Shown piece after piece: positions 32,205-32,578 of a DNA stretch of 32,578 nt. The notes below the pieces were generated by a model. It did not search any database, was not told where the DNA came from, and was given only the letters and a program-made list of their open reading frames with translations. Source of the DNA: Octopus bimaculoides. Its lineage: Eukaryota. The stretch's first letter is position 1; each line of letters opens with the position of its first letter. Both the position numbers and the translations under genes were made by a program. The DNA lies in the NCBI RefSeq assembly GCF_001194135.2, contig NC_069008.1:7350747-7383324 (forward strand), in the 5' to 3' direction.

Positions 32205-32578
32205 ATTTTATCTAGTTTCAGCTCATGAGCTGTGGCCATGCTGGGGCACCGCCATCTGGTGTTGCTACGCAATTTTACTTCACGAATTTTACTTCAGGAA
32301 TTGACATTTGGTGCATGAGAGAGTTTGATGCAGCTGCTCTCATCTGCGCCTCCTGCCGTGAAGTTGGTTCATCTGGGACACCTGACAGGAAGAGGTCCAG
32401 CCTTGTCTTGAAGACACCTACATCCACCGCATGCAGGTCTCTCAGGTCCTTCGGGAGGATATTGAAGAGCTGTGGACCTTTGAAGCCCAGGCTGTTGCAG
32501 TATCTTGTCCTACATCTTGATGGCAAATTTGGAGTCCTTGGCACTATGCAATGGCGTCCAGTTTTTTTATTTGTGTAA
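32205..32578 (-). mobile_element. 3' end of a CR1/L2-group LINE: ORF2 C-terminus + short 3' UTR (continues beyond the window)
   Basis: Open frame to the window edge: TGRHCIVPR...NSLGFKGPQLFNILPKDLRDL...FKTRLDLFLSGVPDEP...RAAASNSLMHQ; stop at 32277-32275; 3' UTR GGCGGTGCCCCAGCATGGCCACAGCTCATGAGCTGAAACTAG. Confidence 0.85.

Overview
Eukaryotic, AT-rich, repeat-dense genomic DNA with six assembly gaps. It is most consistent with an octopus (coleoid cephalopod) C2H2 zinc-finger gene cluster; the species call is inferred from the ZNF style and SINE/LINE families, not from a search. Three intact C2H2 ZNF ORFs lie in tandem on the minus strand, each with an uninterrupted ORF: 4457-5749 (13 canonical + 1 degenerate finger), 13129-13899 (8 fingers) and 26027-26878 (9 fingers, the first degenerate). 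Each has a candidate splice acceptor upstream of the ATG and a candidate non-coding leader exon further upstream. The rest is mostly mobile DNA: a dead Gypsy pol fragment, a full-length decayed hAT transposon with TIRs, RTE LINE fragments and many (GAT)n-tailed 3' ends, the 3' end of a CR1/L2-group LINE, about four tRNA-derived SINE families, TTAA-flanked MITEs and several long inverted repeats. Main observations: (1) a gap-free conserved ~30-aa N-terminal leader shared by two ZNFs; (2) a PHD finger embedded inside an RTE reverse transcriptase; (3) a LINE/SINE pair sharing a 3' tail with a covarying stem-loop; (4) an RTE insertion with twin-priming-like inversion; (5) CRE and NRF1-type motifs at candidate ZNF promoters. 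No prokaryote-type system (CRISPR, operon) is present. Repeat boundaries are approximate and were read by eye.
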